Of a stretch of 64,000 bases of DNA, positions 17,101 through 27,603 are shown one piece after another; positions within the stretch are counted from its first letter, which is position 1, and the number at the start of each line of letters is the position of its first letter. The notes under the pieces are model-generated. The model worked only from the letters and a program-made list of their open reading frames with translations, was not told the origin of the DNA and ran no database searches. Made by a program: the position numbers and the translations under genes. Source of the DNA: a virus; the IMG/VR virus record IMGVR_UViG_3300032163_000009, positions 1 through 64,000 of that record. The stretch is one strand, 5' to 3'.

Positions 17101-19328
17101 CCCGCTTGTCGCGTCCGCTGCGCATACCACAAACCGGTCACCGCTGAACCCGCTGCGATCGTGATCTTATTTGAAGCGATCGACAATCGGCTATTGGTGT
17201 CCACGACTACGCGCGTGCCGCCGCCCGGTTCTGCCGCAGTGCCGTTGACCGCACCCGCTGCCAAGTTAGTGGTGAATGAATCGCTGATGGTGTAAGCCGT
17301 GGCCGTGGTAACCGCTGCATACAAATTTCCTGCGGATAAAATCATAGCCGTGCCGCCAACCGCATGAATTTCACCGACCGTAAATACCGATGTGCGCATT
17401 TCGCCGCGCGCCGAAATGTTATTGAATTCCGCATTGCCAGTGTCGTTGATTGCCCAGCCGGTCAACCCTGATGTGAATGACGCGGATTGCACCGCATCAC
17501 CAGCGCCAAAGGCCAACACATTCGCAGCCTTGCGATTGATGGCCGCATCCGTGCCAAACACCACATTCGCCGTCGCCCCCAGATTAACCGTCGCGCCGGC
17601 CGCGCCCATATTGATCGTCGTACTTGCACCGGCGAAATTCAAAGTGGTGACCGTGGTGTTTAAGAGTGCGACCGTGGTTTGTGTGGACGTAATCGCAGAC
17701 GCACCTAATGCGAGCGTGGCATTATTGATCGTGGTTGTGCCCGTCGCCGCTCCCATGTTCAACGCCGTAGCCGCACCAGCGAAATTAACAGTCGTAGCCG
17801 TGGTATTCACCAAGGCGAAAGTCGTCGTGTTTGCCAGTAGGTTCACCAACGTCAGTTGTCCGCTTGCATCCGAAGCCAACAGCGAAGCCGCCGCGCCGGG
17901 ATTACTGGACGAAGTAATTGCGTGGCTGTGCGTTGTGCCGCTCACGCTATTGGTCGTTGAAACGGTCAAGGTGGTCGGCGTGCCGACCGCGATCACCTTG
18001 CTGGTAATCGTCAACCCCGCACCCGCCACCGCATCGGCTAACATCAGACCCGTTGAAATCTGCAAGCCCGATGTCGCGGCAAGTCGAACTTGAATGCTGT
18101 CTGCATTGATCGTCATTGATGTATCAGCCGTCGCCACATCGATCGTCCGGTTAGCCGATAGATCACCGCCGCCCGTTAAGCCTGCCCCCGCCGTAATCGT
18201 AATCGCAGCGCGTGCAATCGTTGAATCGATCGCGTGGGTGTGATTAACCACCGTGAAATCATTGGTTGATGAAGCCGTGAGCGACCCCGCGCCTAATGAA
18301 ATTGTGCCGGTAAGATCGGGCAAGGTGATGGTCTTGCCGCTGCTCGTCGGTGTCCACGTCAGTGTGCCGGTCACGCCGCCCGATTGCAGAATAATTTGAT
18401 TTGTAGTCGAGGCTAATTTCAAATGTTGCAGCGTCAGATCACCGGAAGAATCCGAAGCCAACAATGAAGCCGCTGCGCCCGGCGCGCTGGATGAAGTAAT
18501 CGCGTGACTATGAGTCGTGCCGCTGACGCTGTTGGTCGTGGCGACTGTTAAAGTGGTCGGCGTGCCGATAGCGATCACTTTACTCGTGATGGTCAGCCCG
18601 ACACCGGCCACCGTATCAGCCAACATCAAACCCGATGAAATCTGCAAACCGGAGGTCGAGGCCAATCTGACTTGCATCGAATCCGCGTTGATCGTGAGTG
18701 AAGTATCAGCGGTGACCACATCTAATACACCCGCCGTGTGAGTGAGTCCGGCACCGGCGAGAGTTGAAATCGATCGCCACGTCGCTGTCCACGGCGTAGT
18801 GCTTGAGCCGATGTACCCGTAGTCTGCTGCGCCGGAAGTGATACCGATCGAATCCGCTGCGACCGTGATCAGTGTGCCTGCCCCCACATCGATCGTTCGG
18901 TTCGCCGACAGATCTCCGCCTCCGGTTAAACCTGCACCGGACGTAATAGTGATCGCACTCCGCGCGAGCGTGCTGTCGATCGCGTGCGTGTGCGTGGAAG
19001 TTGTAACTGAATTGGTGGAGATCGAAGTGATCGAGGAGGGCGTGCCTAGTTGCAAGCCGCTGGAGATCGTCATACCGCTATTCGTGTTCAGGTTCACACC
19101 AACGCCCGACCCATCGCTCGTGATCGAGGAGTCACGCGTCGTCACCCGCACGGCTTGATAGGCGACGCGAGTGCCGCTGCCATCGGCGGAAGCATATTGA
19201 AGATGATCGTCGGCATTGAGATCGGTCAGCAGACTATGATCGTTGGTGCCGCCGCCCTGGCTGCCGCCGCTGACCGACATCATCTTCAGCCCTTCGTAAT
19301 TATCTTCGCCTCTGCCTAGTCTGCTCAT
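14151..19328 (-). CDS. tail fibre / receptor-binding protein
   Basis: 1725 aa, G/S/T/A-rich; AGAGLTGGGDLSANRT repeats; HxH motifs; after the tail-tip genes. Confidence 0.85.
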   Translation of the reverse strand: MSRLGRGEDNYEGLKMMSVSGGSQGGGTNDHSLLTDLNADDHLQYASADGSGTRVAYQAVRVTTRDSSITSDGSGVGVNLNTNSGMTISSGLQLGTPSSITSISTNSVTTSTHTHAIDSTLARSAITITSGAGLTGGGDLSANRTIDVGAGTLITVAADSIGITSGAADYGYIGSSTTPWTATWRSISTLAGAGLTHTAGVLDVVTADTSLTINADSMQVRLASTSGLQISSGLMLADTVAGVGLTITSKVIAIGTPTTLTVATTNSVSGTTHSHAITSSSAPGAAASLLASDSSGDLTLQHLKLASTTNQIILQSGGVTGTLTWTPTSSGKTITLPDLTGTISLGAGSLTASSTNDFTVVNHTHAIDSTIARAAITITAGAGLTGGGDLSANRTIDVATADTSMTINADSIQVRLAATSGLQISTGLMLADAVAGAGLTITSKVIAVGTPTTLTVSTTNSVSGTTHSHAITSSSNPGAAASLLASDASGQLTLVNLLANTTTFALVNTTATTVNFAGAATALNMGAATGTTTINNATLALGASAITSTQTTVALLNTTVTTLNFAGASTTINMGAAGATVNLGATANVVFGTDAAINRKAANVLAFGAGDAVQSASFTSGLTGWAINDTGNAEFNNISARGEMRTSVFTVGEIHAVGGTAMILSAGNLYAAVTTATAYTISDSFTTNLAAGAVNGTAAEPGGGTRVVVDTNSRLSIASNKITIAAGSAVTGLWYAQRTRQAGLAILGTYNFTTAGSLSMGWDSDQTASTSPIATIYQNSGGGGGLSIRDNSSGKAVGANLSSGTDYQMAVVLRSTGAWYFIKGGIYTNWSLVWVSSAGTANLYPTIQDEGNTGVATFDDFRIPTQLYIPAPCAYDTFARANSAVTLTSTETSGPDSQIISALAYTAQVGTWGISTNAAYCPTLSGGNGFATVNSLCADAIIDVAVTRAGGVAGIVARWQDTSNYLIAYHDGTNAKLDKVVAGVTTNLISAAATYSAGAVLRLIIDGTNGLLYYNNVKVALGVVTVPASTYTLHGLYSTNTSNTFDNLTIWPRGTNNEHRWLGSLQDGSGAQIQVKDSPTGHLPLFAAGDILRLKAFTGSAVVDNWLRVDNAINTSNGVTYYTYNVSLMNGSSATFPAGAAVVDYGASGSSWISLSSDGTIGSAPNISMGTHAGSPWSTTTLLTRLGNLNGAYGYVVNTYGVGFGSYGVAGQTSITLDTTNGLRIINNVTTIGQWDGSGNITVGAVGASLSNVYITAGAVQLRTNTTVNLSLDTSGNIVVGTVANSLSRVEITAGAVNFISRSGGGVDTTQMSMSTAGVITIGAVGASLSNILITAGAAQFRTNTTVNMQLDTSGKVIVGQVANSQSRVEVSAGAISIIARSAGAVDATYFSVDTSGNVTLGVVGASKGNAYWNTSNNRLEFRGNTTVQAYVDTDGSISAGGGDVTLNSTGISIAATSATGTTHGVHWFNGGVNISRVLTTYAGTNAQIVIEALSKTATESATVVIETTNITGTVQAFFNLTSNGSSTSRAQLYSSAGTFDGLVIGALDTPAAMLDVRGSSIITGGLNIGSATGAGTGEIKVQQDTLGNAVQTYISTATNDDPTENIYQNRAATTDATVTTLHTVTVAASTTCVIEAVITARRTGGSSGAPNDSAGYVVYAVIKCNSTPTTAIVGSATTTVLGESQAGWDATIDVTGATARVRITGALNNNVTWHCTVRVWNLGS

Positions 19329-20848
19329 GTGATCGTGTGCCTCATCACCAGCGTACCCATCGGGAATTCCGGCGTCGCTGGCCCCATCTCAACCTCTGCC
19401 ACAAATTGAATTCGCGGATCGTCTTCATCATGCCCGCTGATCTGCGTCGGCCCCACCGGCGCATCATCCAGTTGCAAGTTGTAGCCCGGCACCACGAAAT
19501 ACGGTTCTAGTTCGCCGCCGCTGGCATCATAATAGCGGCCCTGCCGATAATGGTAAGCGATAGTCCCCGGCGCAGGCTGATAGTCGAATAGCCGGCCGCC
19601 GTACACGCCCCCGATCCATTTTTGACCCGTATCATCGCCCGCATCGATGATGTCATTGATCGCTTGCCACGCTCGAATCGGCGCGCGATCGTCCACCAGA
19701 AAATCGGTTGAATTGGTTTCGATTTTGCCCGCTGTCACAAATTCAGATTGAGCGATCAGCGTGCTGATATGGGCGCTCATGGTCGCTGTGCTGCCGGCTG
19801 CCAGACAATATTTGTTCGCCAGCGTCTGTGAATAACCGTGCCACAAAATCGACAGATGATCGGGCTGACCCTGCGCCAGGCTCATATCGAAAGTAGACAA
19901 ATCATTGGGCGAGTGCGTGCGCGGCCATGCCGATTGCACCAGCAGTGTTTTGGCGCGAGCAATCGCTGCCGCCGCCGTGCTGCCCACCATCAGCGCGGCC
20001 AATTCAATTCGACCGAATTCACTCATCGAGCCGCTGTCGGTATACCAGCCCGTTTGCACACCGGGCAGCGGTTCATGGCGAGCCGTGAAGCCGTCACCAT
20101 ACACGCTGCCCGCCACGCTATCGGACAGTAATTTGATGTTGACCGTTCCACTGTAGGTGTTGCCAATGGGGATGCTGAATCTGATCCTATATTCACCGAC
20201 CACTAAATAAGTCCCTTCCGAAGCCAGTGATGCGCCTGTATCCGATCGCTGCGCGCTCACCCGCCAAGCGCCGCTGACAATGTTCAGTTTGCCTTCGATG
20301 TTGTAAGTGCGTCCAGCCACCACCGTGATTGCGCCAATCAACGCGCCGCGCACCGTCGTATCCGCCACCACCACCTTGCCCGAATAAGTCCCTTCATTCA
20401 CCCAATCCGTTGCTTGCGTGACGGTTGCCCCGTTGATCACCGTCCACGCCCCGGACTCGGCCCCGCCGTTCGTCAGCAGGTTGTCGAACAGCCGTGTGTA
20501 AATGGTTTTCGTCGCATTGTACACATTGATGATCGAGCGCGTGTACGTCACCCCGTCCAGTGTAAGATCGATCGAGGCTGCCAAGCCTTGCCACGTGATC
20601 AAGCCGCCGACTGTTTCTTTAATTTCACGCGCCAGCCCCTCCAAAAACATTTCCATCATTTCATCGCGAGTCCATCCGTGGCGCGGATCAGCCAGCAGGC
20701 TCTGGTCGTCGGACGTGCCCAGCCAGTAGCCGCCTTTGGCCCGAATCGAGCGCCGCCATGTCGGGCGCAGCGTCTCAGTCACGTCCCACAGCGGAGCGCC
20801 GCCACGCTTGATGGAATTGTGCAGAGTCAGCGCGTAATCTTGACTCAT
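19325..20848 (-). CDS. tail tip / hub protein with carbohydrate-binding-like insert
   Basis: Synteny; NLLTNGGAESG CBM4/9-like start. Confidence 0.65.
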   Translation of the reverse strand: MSQDYALTLHNSIKRGGAPLWDVTETLRPTWRRSIRAKGGYWLGTSDDQSLLADPRHGWTRDEMMEMFLEGLAREIKETVGGLITWQGLAASIDLTLDGVTYTRSIINVYNATKTIYTRLFDNLLTNGGAESGAWTVINGATVTQATDWVNEGTYSGKVVVADTTVRGALIGAITVVAGRTYNIEGKLNIVSGAWRVSAQRSDTGASLASEGTYLVVGEYRIRFSIPIGNTYSGTVNIKLLSDSVAGSVYGDGFTARHEPLPGVQTGWYTDSGSMSEFGRIELAALMVGSTAAAAIARAKTLLVQSAWPRTHSPNDLSTFDMSLAQGQPDHLSILWHGYSQTLANKYCLAAGSTATMSAHISTLIAQSEFVTAGKIETNSTDFLVDDRAPIRAWQAINDIIDAGDDTGQKWIGGVYGGRLFDYQPAPGTIAYHYRQGRYYDASGGELEPYFVVPGYNLQLDDAPVGPTQISGHDEDDPRIQFVAEVEMGPATPEFPMGTLVMRHTIT

Positions 20849-20849
20849 A

Positions 20850-22256
20850 TTAAGTTTCGTTGCCGCGCAGTGTGCGCCAGCGCGGTATATAGGTGTAAGA
20901 CATGTTGACCAGCTTACCCTTGACACTGCCGGCCGTCACGTCCTGCGCGGCCACCACCAAGACGGGGCTATCATCGTATGCCGGCAGCGCCCATTTGCCT
21001 GTCGGTTTGACGATTACAGAGTACAGAACGTTGCCACCTTCTTCAAATAAGGCGCCGAGGTCGTCCGTCACACGCTGAAAGACGTTAATTGATTTGCCGG
21101 TGGTCGTGACCCCGATCGGGGCGGATAACTTAACCATACCGTCGTCAACTGGAATGAGAATAAAACAGTCAACGTCGAGATAGCCAGCTCCGCTTAGCCG
21201 CTCGGCATCCAGCTGAATGGCGAAGTTTGTTAAAGTGTGCGTGGCATAGATGCGAGTCGGCGGAATAGACACATTCCCCACTTCGTACAGCCGCCAAGCA
21301 GTGCCGCTGACCACCTGCCGGGATCGAATGACGGGATTATAGAGAGTAATGCCCGGCGCGAAACCTGCTTCAATCCGGACCCGCGCCACACTAGCATCGC
21401 TCATTTTAGCGCGAAGCAAGACGGTGTAGCTTCCGCGCTGGTCTGCGTCGACCCCGGTTGAACCCCCTAACTGATTGATGCAGCGCGCCAGAAAAGTCGC
21501 TCCCGAAGCGAAAGTGCATTGCAGCTTATTGGTTCCGTAGGCTGTTCCGTCTGCCACTTGGGCCGTATCTGCGATAAGCGGCAAACCAGAATCGCCAATC
21601 GACCACACCGGCTGAAAATTAGCGGCCACTCCAAATCGATTGGTTTTCCAGCCCAGCCAATAATCAGACATCGGACTTACGGCATCCGGTGGCGTTAATG
21701 AAACCTTAGCAAGTCGGGCCGGCACATCGCCCCTAATCGTTTCACTCAACGTCGCCAGGCCGCCGATTGAATTGATATTCGTCTTGGCCGTCGTCGTCGG
21801 ATAGGCATACGGGTCTTCCCACCACGGCGTTCGCTCGATCGCAACTTGATAATCTTCAACGTCACTATCCAATTGCGCTTCAAGCGCCTGCACGGCGATC
21901 GCTGTACCGCGAATCGATTTGACCATCGCCTGCCGTTCCAGCGTCTCGTTGTTCATCTTCACCCGCAGCCAGACTTGATAGCGCTCCACGCCCGGATTCT
22001 TCAGCCAATCATTCACCTGCCTGATCTTGGTGTCTAATGCTTGCACCTGCGTAGCCAGGTTGTCGCTCGACGAACCTTTGATTCTGAATGTGAACACTTC
22101 CTGCACGCTGGTGTCGCTATCGCTCGCGATCGCCTGCACCCAGCCGTCGCGCTTCAACACGAAGCCCGTGGCCGCGCCCAGCCCGCCCATCAGATCGAGC
22201 GAATCGATATCAGCGGCCATATCGTCCAGCCACACCAGTTTGATCGTTGCCGTCAT
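20850..22256 (-). CDS. distal tail (Dit-like) protein
   Basis: Directly after the tape measure; GDVPA motif and YIPRW C-terminus. Confidence 0.65.
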   Translation of the reverse strand: MTATIKLVWLDDMAADIDSLDLMGGLGAATGFVLKRDGWVQAIASDSDTSVQEVFTFRIKGSSSDNLATQVQALDTKIRQVNDWLKNPGVERYQVWLRVKMNNETLERQAMVKSIRGTAIAVQALEAQLDSDVEDYQVAIERTPWWEDPYAYPTTTAKTNINSIGGLATLSETIRGDVPARLAKVSLTPPDAVSPMSDYWLGWKTNRFGVAANFQPVWSIGDSGLPLIADTAQVADGTAYGTNKLQCTFASGATFLARCINQLGGSTGVDADQRGSYTVLLRAKMSDASVARVRIEAGFAPGITLYNPVIRSRQVVSGTAWRLYEVGNVSIPPTRIYATHTLTNFAIQLDAERLSGAGYLDVDCFILIPVDDGMVKLSAPIGVTTTGKSINVFQRVTDDLGALFEEGGNVLYSVIVKPTGKWALPAYDDSPVLVVAAQDVTAGSVKGKLVNMSYTYIPRWRTLRGNET

Positions 22257-22257
22257 A

Positions 22258-25200
22258 TCAGCCGCCCATCCGCGCGTTCGAATAATCGATCAAGCGCCGC
22301 CGCTTCTGCTCATATACCTGCGCCAGCGCCAACCGATCGTTGATCACGATCGTGTCACCACCAAAACTATTCTGTGTCGAAGATGATTGACCGCCGCCCA
22401 ATGCCAATTTCTCCATCGCTTGAATCAAGCGCATCGAATCGGAATTGGTCATCACGAAGCCGCGCTGCGATGGGAAAATCAACTCCGGCCCGCCTTCACC
22501 GACCAGCGACGGCCTGTACGCCTCCGCCACCCCGCCGAATTGATGCGGCGTCGCAGTGGGATCAACGCCTCCGTTCGGCGTCGGATCAACATGCACCGCA
22601 TAATGAATCGTCCGCTCGATGTTCGGCAACTCCGATAATTTGGTGGTCAATAGAACCACTTTGCCCATTGTCGTTGTTGCGTGGCTGTCGATGCTGATGA
22701 GTCCGGCCACTGGCCCGCCGCCGCCTTTGCCGCCACGTCCGCCGCGTTCACCGGATGAATCGGTCTCGCCTGTTTCTTGAATTTTCAAACCGAGATTGCC
22801 CATCAGTCCGGTGGTGTTGTCAATGTGCGTTTGAACGCGCCCCAACGCCTCGCCGATGGCCGTTGCCAAGACCGGCGCAGTGGCTTGCCCGGTATGGTTC
22901 ATCGACGCATCGACGTCTTGCATCCCCGCGTTCACGTGCGGCAGGGTAACGGTTGCGACTGTTGATAAGGCGCCGTCAGCGCCCAACGTCGCGTCTCGAA
23001 TGCCCCACAGGGCCAACTGGAAATCTTTGCCGGATGAATTTGGATCAGCTAACACTTTTTGAAACTCGGCCGTATGGATCGCAGCGGTCAACTGACTTTG
23101 ATCAAACAGGCCAAAAGTGTAATTGATATTGCTCATGCGGCTTTCAAAGTCGGCCGCAGAAATCGCGCCATCTGCGAATTGCTTTTGCACGATGTCATAG
23201 GCTTTACTGCCGGCCGCCTGCACGTCGGCCGCCTTCATGGCTTCGATGGTGTCTAAAATTGCCTGGCGTTGTTCCAGTTGCTTGACCGTCGCTCCGCCTA
23301 AAGCTGCGGCGTGCGAACCCAAAGCGGCGGTGAGGGAGGCTACTTTGTTTCTGGCGTCCGCCACCTTCACGGCGTAATCAGCATCCGTGTCGCCTTTCTT
23401 CCGTTCGGTCGTCGTTAAATCTTCAAGCGCTTGCGCCAACTTCGCCTCAGCTAAGGCGCGACCTTCAGTCGTGAACTTTTTATTTTGCGCAATGCCGATT
23501 TGAGCCGAGCCAGCGGCCGCGATCGTTGCTTCTATGTCGGCCAACTTCTTTTGCTCGGTCGCCATCTTGGAAGCTTGATCGGTATAAGCAATGGCAATAT
23601 CGTAAGCCGTGGCAAAGATTGCGCCCTGGGCTTGCTGCGCAGCGGCATTCGCTTTCAGCGCGACCGTCATACTGTCATACTCGTTGACCGTGCCTGCAAT
23701 GGCCCGCGCTTGCTGCTGAGCAATTCGGTTTGTTTCGTCCAGTGCGCCACCTAAGCCATAAGCGCCCTGCATGGCTTCGTATTGCGCTCGCGTGTAGAGA
23801 TCGGTTTGCTTGGAAGCGTCATTCAGGATAACGATGTGATCGCCGATTTTTCGGTACACGACTGAATAACCGGCTGTGACTTTATCTAGCGAGCCGTCCA
23901 GTTCCAATTGTTTCTTGGTGGTGGCGTCGGTGATTTCGTTGAACTGCCCGGCGGCTACGCCTGTACTGACAATCCCGTTGGCATATTCGTCGTACGATTT
24001 TGAGGTCTTGAGGATTTGCTGCGCGTTGCCTTGAAAAGCCGAGGTCAGCCGATTGTTCCATGTAAATAGCAGATCCAGCGTGCCGAGTCCGGTGGTTAAG
24101 GTGTTGAAGAAATCGCCCAACACGGGCAGCAACCGATCGCCCAAGGCAATCTTGACGGCATCGAAAGAGGCTTCGGTTTTCTTGAGCTTGAAGTTGAAAG
24201 TGTCGCTGACGGTTGTAAAAGCCTTATCAGTTGCACCGGCAGCATGATTCATGGAGTCGAGCACCTGCGCGTAGGCTTCGCCTTGCGTTCCGGCTGTAGC
24301 GAGCACGCCGGTGAGGGCGCGGACATTTGGCACGATGTCGCCGAGCGTTTCAATGTTGCCTTGCGTGCGCTCCATCAAATCTTTTAGGGTGGTGAGCAGC
24401 CCTTTGTCTCGAATAGAGTTGCGGACTTCATCCGTAGACAAGCCCAATGAATGTAAAGTCTCCGTGGCTTGCCTGCTTGGATTGAGCAGGCTATTTAACA
24501 CACCGCGCAGCGCGGTGGCCGCCTCATCGGCCGATAGACCGATGCGCGTCATGGTCGCCATGCTCGCGCCCACTTGCTCGAACGACACGCCTAAAGCCGA
24601 CGCGATCGGCAGCACGCGACCGAGCGCACCAGCGAACGCTTCCGGCTCGCCTTTGCCTTCCTTGACGATCTGGATCAAGATGTCGGTGTAATGACCAGCC
24701 CGCTCAACAGGTTCTTGGTAAGCGTTCATCGCCGAGGTCAAGGCATCTGCGACAATTTTAGTTTGGCCCAATCCGGCAGCGCTGGCCTTCGCTGCTGCAT
24801 TGAGAATGGTCAAGCCTTTAGCACCGGCATAGCCCGATGAAGCAATAAAATATAAACCGTTGGCAAGTTCCTGCGGAGCCTTGCCGGTGCGCACACCCAT
24901 TTCGACAACGGCCTCCGTCATGCCGCCGATTTCAGCCTTGGAGGTATCCGTCAAGGCTTCGATGCGGTTCATGGCCGATTCGAAATCGGCCGCAGCCTTG
25001 ACCGATTCCAGCAAGCCAACGGCAAAAGCCATGGCCGCGACTTTCGCTAAGCCTAAGGCAACTTGCAACGCCTGCGCCCCGCGCTCCGAGGCAGCCAGTT
25101 CGGCTTGCACTTGTTTCAAGCCTGAGGTGTAGGCTTGCACATCGCCTGTCTTGGTATATTCGGCGTTGAGTCTGTTAAGTGAAGTAGCCGCTTGCAGCGC

Positions 25201-25506
25201 GGACGGTGAAACCAAACGTGCCTGCAATAAAGAGGCTTCGGACGCTCTGGTATAAGTCTCCGTCGAAATGCGGCCCGCGTTCAGTTCTTCGCGCAGACCA
25301 ATTTGAGATTGCTTGGTGACGTTGGCTAGACTGCTATTCTTGGTGAGCGATAGCGCGAGGGTGTTGTGCGCAATAGCCGACCTCACCGCTGCGGCTTGAT
25401 CTTGATCGAGACTGCGATTCAGTTCAGCTAATTCGCGCTTGGCGTCCGCCACGCCGGAGCCGGTTTTACTTGCGCGTAAAATGAGATTCAAAACTGAGTC
25501 AGACAC
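22258..25506 (-). CDS. tail tape measure protein (TP901-family core)
   Basis: AADFESAM..I.ALT, ELANGLY.IASSG and GLSADEAATALR; C-terminal GG..LVGEGGPEL. Confidence 0.95.
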   Translation of the reverse strand: MSDSVLNLILRASKTGSGVADAKRELAELNRSLDQDQAAAVRSAIAHNTLALSLTKNSSLANVTKQSQIGLREELNAGRISTETYTRASEASLLQARLVSPSALQAATSLNRLNAEYTKTGDVQAYTSGLKQVQAELAASERGAQALQVALGLAKVAAMAFAVGLLESVKAAADFESAMNRIEALTDTSKAEIGGMTEAVVEMGVRTGKAPQELANGLYFIASSGYAGAKGLTILNAAAKASAAGLGQTKIVADALTSAMNAYQEPVERAGHYTDILIQIVKEGKGEPEAFAGALGRVLPIASALGVSFEQVGASMATMTRIGLSADEAATALRGVLNSLLNPSRQATETLHSLGLSTDEVRNSIRDKGLLTTLKDLMERTQGNIETLGDIVPNVRALTGVLATAGTQGEAYAQVLDSMNHAAGATDKAFTTVSDTFNFKLKKTEASFDAVKIALGDRLLPVLGDFFNTLTTGLGTLDLLFTWNNRLTSAFQGNAQQILKTSKSYDEYANGIVSTGVAAGQFNEITDATTKKQLELDGSLDKVTAGYSVVYRKIGDHIVILNDASKQTDLYTRAQYEAMQGAYGLGGALDETNRIAQQQARAIAGTVNEYDSMTVALKANAAAQQAQGAIFATAYDIAIAYTDQASKMATEQKKLADIEATIAAAGSAQIGIAQNKKFTTEGRALAEAKLAQALEDLTTTERKKGDTDADYAVKVADARNKVASLTAALGSHAAALGGATVKQLEQRQAILDTIEAMKAADVQAAGSKAYDIVQKQFADGAISAADFESRMSNINYTFGLFDQSQLTAAIHTAEFQKVLADPNSSGKDFQLALWGIRDATLGADGALSTVATVTLPHVNAGMQDVDASMNHTGQATAPVLATAIGEALGRVQTHIDNTTGLMGNLGLKIQETGETDSSGERGGRGGKGGGGPVAGLISIDSHATTTMGKVVLLTTKLSELPNIERTIHYAVHVDPTPNGGVDPTATPHQFGGVAEAYRPSLVGEGGPELIFPSQRGFVMTNSDSMRLIQAMEKLALGGGQSSSTQNSFGGDTIVINDRLALAQVYEQKRRRLIDYSNARMGG

Positions 25507-25507
25507 G

Positions 25508-26079
25508 TTATTGTCCTAAGCGCCGATAGTAGGCGGTCTTGATCAGCTGACGGGCTTGAGCAATGGCTGGATGGGTAGGCAGTTTAGGCGGCGGCTGGTA
25601 GTGTTTCAAAAGAAGATCGATAATCGAGATGAAGGTGTCATCCAGTTGATCGATCTCCCATGGCCCTAGCGTTGTGCCTAAGTAGGTATTTATTTTTCGG
25701 GCAAGCAAGATCGTTGCCAGCAGCGGGTCATCGGTTAGATCGCCGCCGATGACCCGATCGGTTTTTTCAGCATGTCTGCCCGGTAGTCATCAACCAGCGC
25801 CCAGGCCCGGATCACGATCCAATCCCACAGTGCCGGATCGGTTTCGCTTATCTCTTGCAGCTCGTCGGCTGTCCAGTGCGTTTCAGGATCGTCGGCTTGC
25901 GATAGCCATTCCGCATACCAAGCCAGTGTCAGAACCTCATCGGCCAGCAGGGCGGCGTTGTGCCGAGCCGCAAAGGCGCGCGGCATGTTGACCCAAATTT
26001 GCAGCACTGCCTCAGCCAGTTGCGGCGAGTAGTCAGCGAGTGATAGCGGCTTCAATATTTTGACAAGTTTTATTTTCAT
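25508..26079 (-). CDS. tail assembly chaperone G (25735-26079) plus -1 frameshift extension GT
   Basis: Between tube and tape measure. Slippery CTG AAA AAA C at 25761-25770; the -1 frame stays open into LARKINTYLG. Confidence 0.8.
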
Positions 26080-26082
26080 GGC

Positions 26083-27096
26083 TTAGACCGTGTTGGTGTT
26101 GGTCACGACCGTTACGGCCAGCGCGTTGGCAAGATCGGTCGAGATCAAACCGTGAAAGAGAGCCTGATGTAGATTGTTGTTTTGCGATTCAGCATTCAGC
26201 GGCACCACTTTCTCCCACTGGCCCCAAATGTTGGTGGTCAGCGCGTGCGTGGAGTTGGTGTTGACAATGGCATCGCCCAACATTTTCAGTTGGATGGCGC
26301 GGAAAGTCTGCGCGTCACATTCATCGTAAATGACACCGGCTGCGGCATTGCCTTCCAGCGTCAAGGTCAGCATGGCTTGCACAAAGCCTTCGCCGTAAGA
26401 CGAGAAATACAGATTGGCGTCGCCAAAGAATTTCGGATGGTTGCCGTTCAGGATTTCCAGTTCAAAGCCGCGCAAGGTCGCCGTGACTTCGGTGTTGCCG
26501 GCTGCGGCCCACGTGCTGTCGTCATACAGTCGCGTTTTCTTGGCGCTCATGCTGGTCACGGCCGCTGCGACTAAGGACGCGGTAAAATTTTGCTTGGCAA
26601 CTTGCCGCGCAAAATAATTGGCCTCGATCTTGATCGGACTTTCGCTGCCGTCTTGCGCAATCTCCCCTGAGATTTTGATGTCCTTGAACATGCAATATTC
26701 TCGGACATACGCCTGCATGTCGTCACCGGCTTCCAGCGTGAACGTGTTGGGATTGTTAGCCGCGTTCAACGTCGGCGAGAACGTCCACAGGTAATCTGTT
26801 TGATTGGCCGTCACCGGCGCGGCTGTGACGCCGCCTTTCAAACCGTGCTTGAAGAAAAACGGCAACACTTGAAAATAGGCGTGGGGAATGCCGATGCTGT
26901 CTTCCACGAACAATTCCGATTTCAAACTGCGCCCGGACTCGATGCGCACGCCGAGATTGTCAGCGGGATAAACAGGCTTCCAATCCATCGGGATCGGCTT
27001 CTGCTCCGCCCCAATTAAGATTTTAGTCGCAGGCACAATTGTCCCGCGCGTTGCCTCAGGCCCATATTGATACTTAGAGAAAATTCTTTCACCCAT
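26083..27096 (-). CDS. major tail tube protein
   Basis: Position; YGPEATRGT, TFTLEAGD and GFELEI..G features. Confidence 0.8.
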   Translation of the reverse strand: MGERIFSKYQYGPEATRGTIVPATKILIGAEQKPIPMDWKPVYPADNLGVRIESGRSLKSELFVEDSIGIPHAYFQVLPFFFKHGLKGGVTAAPVTANQTDYLWTFSPTLNAANNPNTFTLEAGDDMQAYVREYCMFKDIKISGEIAQDGSESPIKIEANYFARQVAKQNFTASLVAAAVTSMSAKKTRLYDDSTWAAAGNTEVTATLRGFELEILNGNHPKFFGDANLYFSSYGEGFVQAMLTLTLEGNAAAGVIYDECDAQTFRAIQLKMLGDAIVNTNSTHALTTNIWGQWEKVVPLNAESQNNNLHQALFHGLISTDLANALAVTVVTNTNTV

Positions 27097-27129
27097 GATC
27101 ATTTACTCCTTCATTGAACAGGCTCAGCG

Positions 27130-27603
27130 TTAGGCGGCGACGGTTAACCCGACTGCGCCGCCGACGTCTTGCTTAACTTCCCACTGGACAACAATGCCCA
27201 AATGCGGTTCTTCGCTGCCATACTGCAATTTCACTGGACCGCGCACCGGAAAGGCAATGTCGCTGCGCGGCAGAAAATGCGAGACCTTGTTGTGTAAAGA
27301 CATATTCGCCGCCATTGCATTTCTGATCCGCGCAAACATCAGCATCAACTCTGGATAATGCGATCGGCTGGTGTCATCGTACAAATGCAATTCGGTAACG
27401 CCCGTCCAGAAATCAATCAGCGGCCCGCCAAAACTAAAGTTCGGCTTATAGCCTTCGGTGAACGTCAGGGCGCATGGAAAACTATTGATAGCGTCTGGAA
27501 ATTCGGCCTTGTCGTAAACGTGAAAGGCTTTTATCTTCTTGCCACCTGGTCCCACTAGCGCAAAGACATCAGCCACAGCATCGATCCAATCTTCCACGGC
27601 CAT
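27130..27603 (-). CDS. tail terminator-like protein
   Basis: Synteny and size. Confidence 0.6.
   Translation of the reverse strand: MAVEDWIDAVADVFALVGPGGKKIKAFHVYDKAEFPDAINSFPCALTFTEGYKPNFSFGGPLIDFWTGVTELHLYDDTSRSHYPELMLMFARIRNAMAANMSLHNKVSHFLPRSDIAFPVRGPVKLQYGSEEPHLGIVVQWEVKQDVGGAVGLTVAA

Noticed and set aside
17860-19000. Tail fibre repeats as a DGR template/variable pair
   Set aside because: Both copies are in-frame coding with mostly synonymous differences not limited to adenines; no reverse transcriptase in the window.
25761-25770. Tail chaperone -1 frameshift as a novelty
   Set aside because: Well-known conserved feature; listed as a feature only.
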